IMG/VR virus record: IMGVR_UViG_3300020203_000084
Span: 1 to 27,062 of that record
Direction: 5' to 3' (one strand)
Length of the DNA: 27,062 nt
From: a virus
Lineage: Duplodnaviria > Caudoviricetes
The position numbers were made by a program, and so were the translations under genes. Below, in pieces: positions 6,678-15,541 of this stretch. Under the pieces are notes generated by a model, which was not told the DNA's origin, searched no databases, and was given only the letters and a program-made list of their open reading frames with translations. How positions within the stretch are numbered: position 1 is the stretch's first letter; each line of letters opens with the position of its first letter.

Positions 6678-8241
6678 TATTATAAAGTGGTTAAGAGATC
6701 ATAATATAAAAAATGAAGGTGGAGTGTCGTTAGACTTTTATGACCACTTGTTTCTATATGATATTTACGCAGATCAATCTCCGAAGTTAGTTTGCTATAA
6801 GGCGGCTCAGATTGGATTTTCTACGATGGCGATTCTAAAATCTTTGTGGCTCGCGAAGCATAAACATTTTGATTGCGTGTACACAATGCCAACAGCGAAT
6901 GATGTTAAGGATTTCGTAGGTGGAAAGGTTAATCGCATTATAAATCAAAACCCTGTATTATTAGAGTATGTCAAGGATAAAGACTCAGTTGAACAAAAAC
7001 AAGTCGGTGACAACATTATCTACTACCGAGGCACGTGGACAGAAAAAGCGGCTATCGCAGTCTCCAGTGACCTCAATATTCACGACGAAGAAGACCGTTC
7101 GAAACAAAGCGTTATCCAACAATATGCTTCCCGACTCCAACACTCTAAATACAAATGGGAGTGGCATTTCTCGAATCCTTCTGTTGAAGGGAATGGAGTA
7201 TCTCGGTATTGGAATAAAAGTGACCAAAAGCATTGGTTCATCAAATGTGGCGGTTGTGACAAGGAACAATTCCTTTCGTGGCCTAAAAGTATCAATATTG
7301 AACGAAGAGAGTTTGTTTGTAAGGAGTGTGGCAAAGGGTTATCACGAGAGGAGCGAAGAGTTGGTTGGTGGATTCAAAAGTATAAGAATCGTGAGTTCTC
7401 CGGCTACTGGATAAGTTTACTAATGGCTCCGTGGGTAACGGCCGATGAAATAATAAATTATCACGAAACAAAATCAGCAGAATACTTTGCAAACTTTGTC
7501 CTCGGTCTACCGTATGTTGGCGAAGGAAACCAAGTCACTCCTGATATTATTTATAGGAATTGTAATAGCGATACTAATAATCAGGAGCGAGTCGTCATCG
7601 GTTGCGATAGTGGACTCAAAAAACATTATGTGCTCGGCAACAAAGATGGATTGTTCTACGCGGGAGTAACGCATACGTGGGAAACTATAGAAAAGCTCTT
7701 GGGGCAGTATGAAAGGTCAATAGCAGTCATTGACGCATTACCAGACCTCACAGAACCTCGCCGGTTGCGTGAGAAGTATCCGGGTCGAGTATTCCTATGT
7801 CACTACGCTAGAGACCGCAAAACCTATCAGATTATTCGCTGGGGTTCAGGGCTCGAAGCTGGCAACGTAACAGTAGACCGTAATCGAGGCTTGCAAATGG
7901 TCATTGATGATTTTGCTAATAAGAAAATTCCACTTCAAGGTACGCAGGACGACTGGGAGGAATTTGAAAGTCATTTTGCTACACTTTATAAGGTTACAGA
8001 GTTAGACACGCTTGGTGTGCCACAAGCTAGGTGGGAAACCTCGAACGGTATGGATCATTTCGCACATGCAAGTTTGTACTGGCGCGTCGGCATGGACAAA
8101 TTCCGCAACGATGGTGGTAAGATATTCACTGGTGAGCCAAACGAGTATCGTGTATCAAGTCCTATCGTGAGTGATTCGATGCCTTACAAGCCAAAGTTTG
8201 ATTTACCAGAACGTGAGTTAGAAGATTGGAGAACAGTATGA
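6655..8241 (+). CDS. Terminase large subunit, lambda GpA-like ATPase
   Basis: KAAQIGFST Walker A variant, NIHDEED Walker B, SNP coupling motif, SDQKHWFIKCGGC...CKEC zinc ribbon, VIGCDSG and DHFAHA nuclease acidic motifs. Confidence 0.9.
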   Translation: MLKENQTNIIKWLRDHNIKNEGGVSLDFYDHLFLYDIYADQSPKLVCYKAAQIGFSTMAILKSLWLAKHKHFDCVYTMPTANDVKDFVGGKVNRIINQNPVLLEYVKDKDSVEQKQVGDNIIYYRGTWTEKAAIAVSSDLNIHDEEDRSKQSVIQQYASRLQHSKYKWEWHFSNPSVEGNGVSRYWNKSDQKHWFIKCGGCDKEQFLSWPKSINIERREFVCKECGKGLSREERRVGWWIQKYKNREFSGYWISLLMAPWVTADEIINYHETKSAEYFANFVLGLPYVGEGNQVTPDIIYRNCNSDTNNQERVVIGCDSGLKKHYVLGNKDGLFYAGVTHTWETIEKLLGQYERSIAVIDALPDLTEPRRLREKYPGRVFLCHYARDRKTYQIIRWGSGLEAGNVTVDRNRGLQMVIDDFANKKIPLQGTQDDWEEFESHFATLYKVTELDTLGVPQARWETSNGMDHFAHASLYWRVGMDKFRNDGGKIFTGEPNEYRVSSPIVSDSMPYKPKFDLPERELEDWRTV

Positions 8242-8438
8242 ACACAATAATTTTAAATGATGTAGACGCGACGTTGTTTTTGGAGTTTCGCAAAAATCAA
8301 GACGCTTTTAAAATACTGTCTGATAATAAAATTTTCGATACGCAAAGTGGGTCAGTAGTCTTGCATTTCAACCTTGAGGGTCGCCTCGTGAAAGTTGACA
8401 GAAACCAAGTATTGTTTTTTGCTAAGCTGTCCCCATAG
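8238..8438 (+). CDS. Small protein resembling DUF2292/YezD, 66 aa
   Basis: ATGA-coupled to terL. C-terminal GSVVLHFNLEGRLVKVDR resembles my recalled DUF2292 pattern (GSV.I..hdG.vvqIer); not verified by HMM. Confidence 0.55.
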   Translation: MNTIILNDVDATLFLEFRKNQDAFKILSDNKIFDTQSGSVVLHFNLEGRLVKVDRNQVLFFAKLSP

Positions 8439-8454
8439 AGTTTGTTGCTTTCTG

Positions 8455-8463
8455 TGTGATAAT
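8455..8463 (+). promoter_or_regulatory. Extended -10 promoter upstream of the portal operon
   Basis: TG-T-GATAAT in the intergenic gap, preceded by CTGTCCCCA at 8427-8435. Confidence 0.5.
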
Positions 8464-8497
8464 GTGAGCGTTAGTTACGCCCTACCAGACAACGGAG

Positions 8498-8525
8498 GCG
8501 ACCCATTAAAGGGTCGCTATTTTTT
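8498..8525 (+). terminator. Intrinsic terminator-like hairpin in the portal leader
   Basis: GCGACCC-ATTAAA-GGGTCGC, a perfect 7 bp stem, followed by TATTTTTT; 9 nt before the portal ATG. Confidence 0.65.
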
Positions 8526-8534
8526 ATATATAAA

Positions 8535-10358
8535 ATGCCCTTAACATCAGGATATAACACACTTTCAGAGGACATAAATAAAGTTGGTAAGCCCGACGAT
8601 TTAGTTTCAGCGTTGCTCCCTGAGCTTACTTTGGAGATGAGCGATGAGGAACTTATCGCTCTAAAGAAAAGCTGGATAAAGAACTGGGAGCCGTACAAAG
8701 TTGAAATAGAAAAGAAACAAAAGGTCAATGAAGACTATTGGCTCGGACAGCAGTTTAATCCAAACAAGAGTAGTGACAATGAACGCCCCCTTGTTGATAA
8801 TCTTATTTTTGAATCATTAGAAACATTTTTGCCTATTGCTACTAGAGCGAAAGCAGAGCCATTAGTTGAGTCTGACAATACAGAGGAGGGCAACGCACTA
8901 GCAGACAAGGTTCGCAAAATGATTTTGTATGTTGCTGATAACTTGTCATTCAATCTAAAAATGAAGCAAGTCGCCCGGTACTGGGCGCTTCATTTGCTTG
9001 GCGTTATAAAAGTTGGCTGGAGTGTAGTTGAAAATGATATTACATGCAAAGCGATTCGTGCTTCAAAACTTGTCCTTGATACAAACTCTACAATTGACGG
9101 TTGCCAATACGATGGCTACTACATAGGAGAATACCTCGATGATATGGCAAGTGATTTGGTATTAAGATTCCCAGAGAAAGCTGAATTTATTAAGGACAAA
9201 GTAAAGGACAATATGGGTACAAAAGTGTCCTATATCATGTGGACTACTAATGAATATGTTTTTTGGACACTTGATAACGAGGTACTTGGTAAGAACAAAA
9301 ATCCTCATTGGAATTATGATTCAGAAGAAGAACAACCTATTACTGACGAATTTGGACAGCAAACAATGCAGACCGTTCCTATTAAGGGCAACAATCACTT
9401 CAATTCTCCGCAAATGCCGTATGTTTTCCTGTCTGTTTTCAATCTCGGTAAACAACCACATGACGACACGAACCTAATACAGCAGAATCTACCACTTCAA
9501 GACCTTGTGAATAAGCGTCTGGCGCAGATAGACATGAACGCAGACAATGCAAACAACGGTATAGCCTTGTCCGGCGATGCGTTTACTGAAGAACAGGCCA
9601 TGAAAGCGGCACATAAGCGACGTAAGGGTGCAGCCTTTTGGGTCCCAACAGGCGATGTCAATGCTGCGATTAAGGAATTACCCGCACAGCCGTTACCTAA
9701 TTTTATATACGAATCATTACTTGATTATAAAAACTCACTCCGTGATTTGTTTGGAGTGCGTGGTTCTACTCCTCAGGGAACAATCAGGGAGCAGACGCTC
9801 GGTGGAAAGGAAATTATTAAGGGTCAAGACGCAGACCGTATTGGTGGAGGTGTATCAACTTATTTAGAGCAGTTTTCAGATCGCGTCTTTAATTGGTTCG
9901 TTCAGCTTATGTATGTCTACTACGATGAGCCTCATGCGGCTTCTGTTGTAGGGGTCGAGCGAGCAAAGGAATACATAACTCTTGTCAATTCGGAGTTCAC
10001 CTCGAAACTCACGATTGGGGTAAAGGAAGGCTCAATGGTCCCTCGCGACCCAGCTAGCCAACGTGGTGAGGCAGTTGAATTGTGGGCACAACAAGGCATT
10101 GACCCTATTACGTTCTTTACACGCCTTGAGTTTCCTAATCCTAGAGAAGCAGCGAAGCAGTTGTATCTCTGGCAAGCAGACCCGATACAGCTCTTTCCTG
10201 ACTTGTTAGCAGAGCAACAGGCACAGCAGGCACAGCAGATGCAACAGCAACAAGTCATGCAACAGGAACAGTTAGGACAAGACCAGAATCTTGCGGAGGA
10301 AGAGCAAGACCGAGAGCTTGAAAAGGTCGAATTTGCAAATTTAGTAAAACAACCATGA
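8535..10358 (+). CDS. Portal protein (P22-like)
   Basis: 607 aa, follows terL; NLIFESLET, GVIKVGW, PYVFL, QDLVNKR...DN, LFGV.....G patterns; Gln-rich C-terminal barrel-like tail. Confidence 0.85.
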   Translation: MPLTSGYNTLSEDINKVGKPDDLVSALLPELTLEMSDEELIALKKSWIKNWEPYKVEIEKKQKVNEDYWLGQQFNPNKSSDNERPLVDNLIFESLETFLPIATRAKAEPLVESDNTEEGNALADKVRKMILYVADNLSFNLKMKQVARYWALHLLGVIKVGWSVVENDITCKAIRASKLVLDTNSTIDGCQYDGYYIGEYLDDMASDLVLRFPEKAEFIKDKVKDNMGTKVSYIMWTTNEYVFWTLDNEVLGKNKNPHWNYDSEEEQPITDEFGQQTMQTVPIKGNNHFNSPQMPYVFLSVFNLGKQPHDDTNLIQQNLPLQDLVNKRLAQIDMNADNANNGIALSGDAFTEEQAMKAAHKRRKGAAFWVPTGDVNAAIKELPAQPLPNFIYESLLDYKNSLRDLFGVRGSTPQGTIREQTLGGKEIIKGQDADRIGGGVSTYLEQFSDRVFNWFVQLMYVYYDEPHAASVVGVERAKEYITLVNSEFTSKLTIGVKEGSMVPRDPASQRGEAVELWAQQGIDPITFFTRLEFPNPREAAKQLYLWQADPIQLFPDLLAEQQAQQAQQMQQQQVMQQEQLGQDQNLAEEEQDRELEKVEFANLVKQP

Positions 10359-10681
10359 GAAAACAAATTATAGACGCATTAAAAAGAACGAAAGACAAAG
10401 TTGTTGACGTGACATCAGATGTGCTTTCTGCTCCGTCAAGAGCGATTAGCGGGGTAAAGAGAAAAGTGAGTAACGATTTCTATGAATTTTATAAAAATAA
10501 AAACAATACGTATAAACGCACACGAGAAGAGGATGAAGCAGGTAAACCTGATGCAGGAAACGAGAGTGATCCTTTGTTTAGGTATCGAGTAAATGCATTA
10601 AATCGCGCGTTTGACGAGGAACAGGCGAGACAAAATGCTAAGCCGAAGCAAAAGAAATCAATAGAGAAATTAATAAAATAA
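10355..10681 (+). CDS. Hypothetical highly charged protein
   Basis: 108 aa ORF, ATGA-coupled to the portal gene. Confidence 0.65.
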   Translation: MRKQIIDALKRTKDKVVDVTSDVLSAPSRAISGVKRKVSNDFYEFYKNKNNTYKRTREEDEAGKPDAGNESDPLFRYRVNALNRAFDEEQARQNAKPKQKKSIEKLIK

Positions 10682-10735
10682 TTAAGTATGTCGTTTCTCG
10701 ACCCGCGACAATAAACAAGAAGTCTGTGGAAAAAT

Positions 10736-11482
10736 ATGTCAGAAACAAACGAAGCATTTGCGGACGTTAAGAAAGAAGGGGACGATCCCTTTGCTCAACT
10801 TAACAGGGAGACTGAAACTCCTGCGGAGTCGCAACCCGAAAAGAAAGAAGGAGAGGTTAAGCCAGATCAGGGCGTTAATACTGACAACGAAGATGAACCT
10901 TTTAACAAACGTTGGGAAGCAAGGGCTAATAATTTAAGGGAGGAAATAAACGCAGAATGGCAGGGGAAGTTTGACTCTTATCAAAAGGAATTAGAGACAA
11001 AGATTCCTCCTGTTACAGACACAAAATCAGATATTCCTGATTGGTTCCGGGGAATGTTTGGTGAAGATCAAACGGCTTGGGATAAATATAGCGAGTATGA
11101 CAAGGGTCGTCGTGATGAGATTAAGTATGAGCTTGCTGAAGAACAGCAATCTCAAAAGACTCAAGAGCAAGAGGAGGTTAAATACTGGGATAAATGGGTA
11201 GCTGATGAGGTTACAAAACTTCAATCTACTAACCAGTTTGACCGAAACGAGCTTATGAAAGTCATGCTTGATTACCGCCCGACTGATGAAGCTGGAAACT
11301 TTGATTTTCAAGCGGGGCTACGGATTCTTGAGACTATAAAACCTAATGAATCCAATCCTGAAAAATCAAATGCTCGTAAACAAGTCGCAGATACGATCAA
11401 TAAAAGTACTTCGGGTGGAGCTAAGGTTAAAGATTATATGACCACAGCCGAGGCTCGAAGCAAAACATGGAATCAGCTTTAA
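10736..11482 (+). CDS. Capsid scaffolding protein (putative)
   Basis: Acidic, helical, disordered N-terminus; immediately upstream of the capsid gene. Confidence 0.72.
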   Translation: MSETNEAFADVKKEGDDPFAQLNRETETPAESQPEKKEGEVKPDQGVNTDNEDEPFNKRWEARANNLREEINAEWQGKFDSYQKELETKIPPVTDTKSDIPDWFRGMFGEDQTAWDKYSEYDKGRRDEIKYELAEEQQSQKTQEQEEVKYWDKWVADEVTKLQSTNQFDRNELMKVMLDYRPTDEAGNFDFQAGLRILETIKPNESNPEKSNARKQVADTINKSTSGGAKVKDYMTTAEARSKTWNQL

Positions 11483-11502
11483 TAATTAATTTATAAAATA
11501 AA

Positions 11503-12555
11503 ATGGCAGCATTAGGAACCCGCGTAACGACTCTGACTCAGAGTAAATTGGTACCAAAGTTGGTGGATTCAATCTTAGGCTCAAACGTTTTCGCTTCACG
11601 TATGCTCTCAAGAGCAGCAAAATTCAGTGGTGAAAGAATTAAATTCCCAGTAAAGTATGCAAAAAATATAACTGGTACTTCATTTGCAGGTTTTGATACA
11701 TTCTCAACCACCGCAACTGACAATCGTGTGAATCTTGAATTTGTACCAAAGTTTTATCAGATGACTGTCGCTCTTCCCCTCGATGAGCTTTCAGGTAACG
11801 CAACAGAGGAAAAAGTACTTGACTTGGCTAAAATTGAAATGTCTTCAACTGCGCAAGATATGGCAGACGATATTGGTAATTTATTTTACGGCGCAGGCAC
11901 AGGAAATGGAGGTAAAGATTTTCTTGGGCTAGAGTCAATCGTTGATGACGGAACAAACGCCGGAACATACGGAACACTCTCTCGAACAACTTATCAAACA
12001 CTAAAATCAACAGTTACAGCATCGTCAGGTACTTTGAGCCTTGCAAAGATGTCCACGCTTTATAACGCAGCGGCATCTGGTTCACAGACTCCTACTTTAG
12101 GTCTTTGTAACGAAATAATCTTTGCTCTGTATGAATCACTATTAGCACCACAGGAAAGAATCTCAAAGTCTGTGTCTATGATGAAAGGTGATCCGGGACG
12201 AGGTTTGAATTCAGGTTCTGGTTTAATTGGTGGTACTGGATTTACAGGTCTTTTCTACAAAGGTTTTCCAATTCTTGCAGATGAGAAATGTACTTCAGGT
12301 GTTCTTTACTTCATTAACGAAGATTTTATCAACTGGTACGCTTTGCCTGTTGCTATGACTTCACCTGCGAAGTACCGATCACAAGACATTGAAGGTAACG
12401 ATTACTCAGAAGTCGAAGGTCTTGGCTTCTCATGGAGTGATTGGATTAAGCCTACAAATTCAGCGGCTATCGTTGGCCACATGTATCTTGGAGGTGAACT
12501 TATCTCTCAGAATCCAAAAAGGCATGCAAAGTTGACGGGCGTGACTTCTGTATAA
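11503..12555 (+). CDS. Major capsid protein (HK97 fold)
   Basis: 350 aa after the scaffold; GERIKFPVKY, FYGAGTGNGGKDFLGL..IVD, FKG-like FYKGFPILADEKC, NPKRHAKLTGV C-terminus typical of phage coat proteins. Confidence 0.88.
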   Translation: MAALGTRVTTLTQSKLVPKLVDSILGSNVFASRMLSRAAKFSGERIKFPVKYAKNITGTSFAGFDTFSTTATDNRVNLEFVPKFYQMTVALPLDELSGNATEEKVLDLAKIEMSSTAQDMADDIGNLFYGAGTGNGGKDFLGLESIVDDGTNAGTYGTLSRTTYQTLKSTVTASSGTLSLAKMSTLYNAAASGSQTPTLGLCNEIIFALYESLLAPQERISKSVSMMKGDPGRGLNSGSGLIGGTGFTGLFYKGFPILADEKCTSGVLYFINEDFINWYALPVAMTSPAKYRSQDIEGNDYSEVEGLGFSWSDWIKPTNSAAIVGHMYLGGELISQNPKRHAKLTGVTSV

Positions 12556-12582
12556 ATTTATTAGCTCTAATCAAATAATATT

Positions 12583-12975
12583 ATGGCTATAGACATAGTA
12601 AATTACGACCCAGCGGTCTCAGGAGGCGCAAAGATTGGCTACTCTCGTGGTGGCGGTTCAGTAACACAGCTTACGAGCCGTGCTACAGGAGTAACAGTCA
12701 ACGCTCTCTCAGGAACGATTACGACAGTCAACACCTCACTCGCAGCAGAAGCTTCAGCCGTGTTTGTAGTAACAAACAGCGAAGTAGCTATCGGTGACGT
12801 AGTTGTTGTCTCGATGCGTTCCGGCTCTGTCGCGCTCAATACCGATGTGGTAGTTACCGCCGTAGCAGCAGGCTCATTCAGCCTCACTGTTATTAACGGT
12901 AACGTCGCAGCAGGCTCATTAGAAACAGGTGCAATCATTATCAACTTCGCTGTGATAAAAGCAGTGTCAGCGTAG
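12583..12975 (+). CDS. Putative head decoration / structural protein
   Basis: Small V/T/A/G-rich all-beta-like sequence directly after the capsid gene. Confidence 0.55.
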   Translation: MAIDIVNYDPAVSGGAKIGYSRGGGSVTQLTSRATGVTVNALSGTITTVNTSLAAEASAVFVVTNSEVAIGDVVVVSMRSGSVALNTDVVVTAVAAGSFSLTVINGNVAAGSLETGAIIINFAVIKAVSA

Positions 12976-13001
12976 GATTATCAACTTAAAATTAAATTAA
13001 A

Positions 13002-13733
13002 ATGTCAACATCATTATCAACACCAGTTCATATTGTGGGACATGACATTCTTGTAGCTTCTACTGTCCAGCAACACAATCTCGGTGCTTATGCGGAAACT
13101 CCCGATGGACGTGGATTCCGTTACGGTAAAGTCGGTGCGGTAGCCACGCTTCCGGGCAGAGTTTATCAGTCACCAGCTTTGGATGCGACTAATCAAACTC
13201 TTTCTGGCGGTCATTCTGTGGCAGCCGCCGCTATCGGTGCAACCACAGTTACTCTTACTAACTCTATTACTCTTGCGGCTAACTTAGTCGCTGGTGGTTA
13301 TATGTCAGTAGTAGTAGCTCCAGGAATCGGTTACACCTATCGTATTGCATCAAATACAGGTGTATCAGCAGCAGCGGGTATGGTTATAACCCTTGAAGAT
13401 CCTTTGGTTGTGGCTCTTACAACTTCGTCAAAGATTATTGTTTGTAAGCATCCTTATGACGGAATTGTAATAGACCCAGGTACACCAACGGGAGTAATTG
13501 TAGGAATTCCTACAGCTGTCTATCCAATAGGTTCTTTTTGTTGGGTTCAGGTTTCAGGTCCTTGCGCGGCTCTCTTTACAGGCACAGGTGCGGCTAGTAA
13601 AGCAGTTGGCTCTCTTACTGGCGGTACTTCAGGTTCTCTCGCCCCAGCCATCGCAGCTACCAATATCGCTGGTTATCACATGGCTACAGGTATTACAGCA
13701 GAATACTCTATGGTTTACTTAGATATTCACTAG
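13002..13733 (+). CDS. Putative capsid cement/decoration protein
   Basis: LG....TPDGRGFRY N-terminus and FCWVQVSGP motif; G/A/T-rich; located in the head cluster. Confidence 0.55.
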   Translation: MSTSLSTPVHIVGHDILVASTVQQHNLGAYAETPDGRGFRYGKVGAVATLPGRVYQSPALDATNQTLSGGHSVAAAAIGATTVTLTNSITLAANLVAGGYMSVVVAPGIGYTYRIASNTGVSAAAGMVITLEDPLVVALTTSSKIIVCKHPYDGIVIDPGTPTGVIVGIPTAVYPIGSFCWVQVSGPCAALFTGTGAASKAVGSLTGGTSGSLAPAIAATNIAGYHMATGITAEYSMVYLDIH

Positions 13734-13742
13734 TCAAATTAT

Positions 13743-13781
13743 GGCTTCGCTCTGTCTCCTACGGGAGATAGCTACGAGGCC
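13743..13781 (+). other. Stable intergenic RNA hairpin with cUACGg tetraloop
   Basis: Inner stem CTGTCTCC-TACG-GGAGATAG, outer stem GGCTTCG/CGAGGCC; no U-tract follows. Confidence 0.6.
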
Positions 13782-13808
13782 GAAATTATCAACTTAATCA
13801 AAAATAAC

Positions 13809-14150
13809 TTGGAAGCAATAAAATTCAAAAACTACACAAATGAGGACTTTACATGGAGCTATAACGCTGTACCCCATTTGTTTAAGGCAGGACAGGAAAT
13901 CTATCTTGAAGACTTCAAGGCAAAACATTTTGCAAAGCATCTTGTAGATAGAGAGTTAAACAAAGTAGGGACTCTAACAAATAACGTTACGGCAAGAGCT
14001 GGATTAGAGGTACAATGTTTGCCGTCAGACGAACCAGTATCAGTAGCAGAAGCAATAGACATTGAAGCTAAGTCACAGGTAGTGGAGAAAAAGAAAGCAG
14101 GTAAGCCAAAAAAGGTCGAGGAAGAAGAGTTTGCTGATTTGAAAAAATAA
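13809..14150 (+). CDS. Hypothetical protein (TTG start)
   Basis: 113 aa filling the gap in the operon; K/E-rich tail. Confidence 0.65.
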   Translation: MEAIKFKNYTNEDFTWSYNAVPHLFKAGQEIYLEDFKAKHFAKHLVDRELNKVGTLTNNVTARAGLEVQCLPSDEPVSVAEAIDIEAKSQVVEKKKAGKPKKVEEEEFADLKK

Positions 14151-14151
14151 C

Positions 14152-14481
14152 ATGAACCCAAAACAACAACGAGGCACATCTTTTCAAGTAACAGCAACTA
14201 ATGCAACGGCTGCTTTGGCTTCTAACGCAGGTGTTGCTGGTAGGGTTCATTACATTACGGATATTTCAGCTAGTAGTGATAAAGCAGGGGCTTTGCTTCT
14301 GGTTAAACAAGGAACAACAGTTATTTGGCAGTCTCAAGTAGCGGCCACGGCGGCGGGGACTCTCGCTTATGAGCATACATTTTCTACTCCACTAACCGGG
14401 GCGGTAGGGGCTTTGGTCAGTGTGGAGATTGATGGAACTGCTGTGTGTCATGCGAATATTGCTGGGTTTTCACTATTATAA
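14152..14481 (+). CDS. Hypothetical virion-associated protein
   Basis: 109 aa, A/T/G-rich beta-type sequence, tightly packed with its neighbours. Confidence 0.6.
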   Translation: MNPKQQRGTSFQVTATNATAALASNAGVAGRVHYITDISASSDKAGALLLVKQGTTVIWQSQVAATAAGTLAYEHTFSTPLTGAVGALVSVEIDGTAVCHANIAGFSLL

Positions 14482-14483
14482 CA

Positions 14484-14819
14484 ATGAAACTACTCTCTAA
14501 AAGCGAAACCAATGCAGGTCTCAAAAAAGAACGTGAAGCTCTCATTGAGAACATTGAATTTTTGAGAAAGAAAGTAATTTTTAAAAGTCAACCAATCTCT
14601 AATCAGGAGATTCAGGAACAGAAATCAGAATTACTTAAAGAACTAAAAGACATCGAAGAAGTTATTGTCACAAAGCGTGAGGTTATTCAAGGAATGATGG
14701 AGCGTCAAGATGAGTTAGACGAACGTGTGTATCAGATAGATGAGCGCGAGAAGAAAGTCGAACTTCGCGAGAACTTTATTAAAGTCATAGAGCAAAAACA
14801 ATATGGAGTACCAGCATAA
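14484..14819 (+). CDS. Coiled-coil hypothetical protein, 111 aa
   Basis: ATG at 14484 just after the previous stop; E/K-rich heptads. Confidence 0.65.
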   Translation: MKLLSKSETNAGLKKEREALIENIEFLRKKVIFKSQPISNQEIQEQKSELLKELKDIEEVIVTKREVIQGMMERQDELDERVYQIDEREKKVELRENFIKVIEQKQYGVPA

Positions 14820-14943
14820 ACAAAAGAATCCGAATTTGTATATTGAGCTTGCAGTTTCTGGTCAGGGTGGATTCTTGATGACACAAGCTGGTGATCTGCT
14901 TCTGACTGAATTAGGAGATAACTTTATTACACAAAATGGCTAA
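14803..14943 (+). CDS. Small protein, 46 aa, fibre-associated type
   Basis: Below the cutoff: MEYQHKQKNPNLYIELAVSGQGGFLMTQAGDLLLTELGDNFITQNG with three hhT(Q/E)xG repeats; overlaps both neighbours. Confidence 0.6.
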   Translation: MEYQHKQKNPNLYIELAVSGQGGFLMTQAGDLLLTELGDNFITQNG

Positions 14944-15535
14944 TAAAAGATTTACCGATTTAGCTACCCTCACTTCAATCGCCAATGGTGACTTGTTTCC
15001 GATTGTTGATATTTCTGATACTACGGATTCTGCTGAGGGAACGACAAAGAAAATTACACGAGCGAATCTAGGTTTTGCACCTTCTGCTTCTCCTACTTTT
15101 ACTGGGACAGTGACTTTAACTGGTGCAACGTTAGTAAATACTGGGACATTAACTCTTCCAACTTCAACCGATACACTTGTTGGTAAAGCGACAACAGACA
15201 CTCTAACTAACAAAAGAATAACCGCCCGTATTCTTTCTGCTACTTCATACACTACCAATACAGGTGTATCTCTAAACATAGACAACCTTGACCAGTTTAT
15301 TGTTACCGCCCAAGCTGGGGCGTTGTTGATAAATAACCCCACGGGTACTGCCACGGAAGGACAGCGACTGATTGTCGCAGTTACAGGAACGGCGGCGAGG
15401 GCTTTGACTTATGACACACAGTTTGAGTCAAGCACGGTCACCTTGCCGACAACTACTGTAACCACCGCACGACTAAACATGGGTTTTATTTGGAGAAGCG
15501 ACACAAGTAAATGGGTAATAGTAGCGATAGCATAA
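14936..15535 (+). CDS. Short tail/head fibre protein
   Basis: MANKRFTDL....DLFPIVD...TTKKIT anchor motif, SPTFTGTV and TDTLTNK fibre repeats, C-terminal beta domain ending SKWVIVAIA. Confidence 0.65.
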   Translation: MANKRFTDLATLTSIANGDLFPIVDISDTTDSAEGTTKKITRANLGFAPSASPTFTGTVTLTGATLVNTGTLTLPTSTDTLVGKATTDTLTNKRITARILSATSYTTNTGVSLNIDNLDQFIVTAQAGALLINNPTGTATEGQRLIVAVTGTAARALTYDTQFESSTVTLPTTTVTTARLNMGFIWRSDTSKWVIVAIA

Positions 15536-15541
15536 AAATAT

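Noticed and set aside
10214-10310. Gln-rich low-complexity stretch in the portal as a novel repeat
   Set aside because: Q-rich C-terminal tails are common in P22-like portals, and there is no regular DNA repeat unit.
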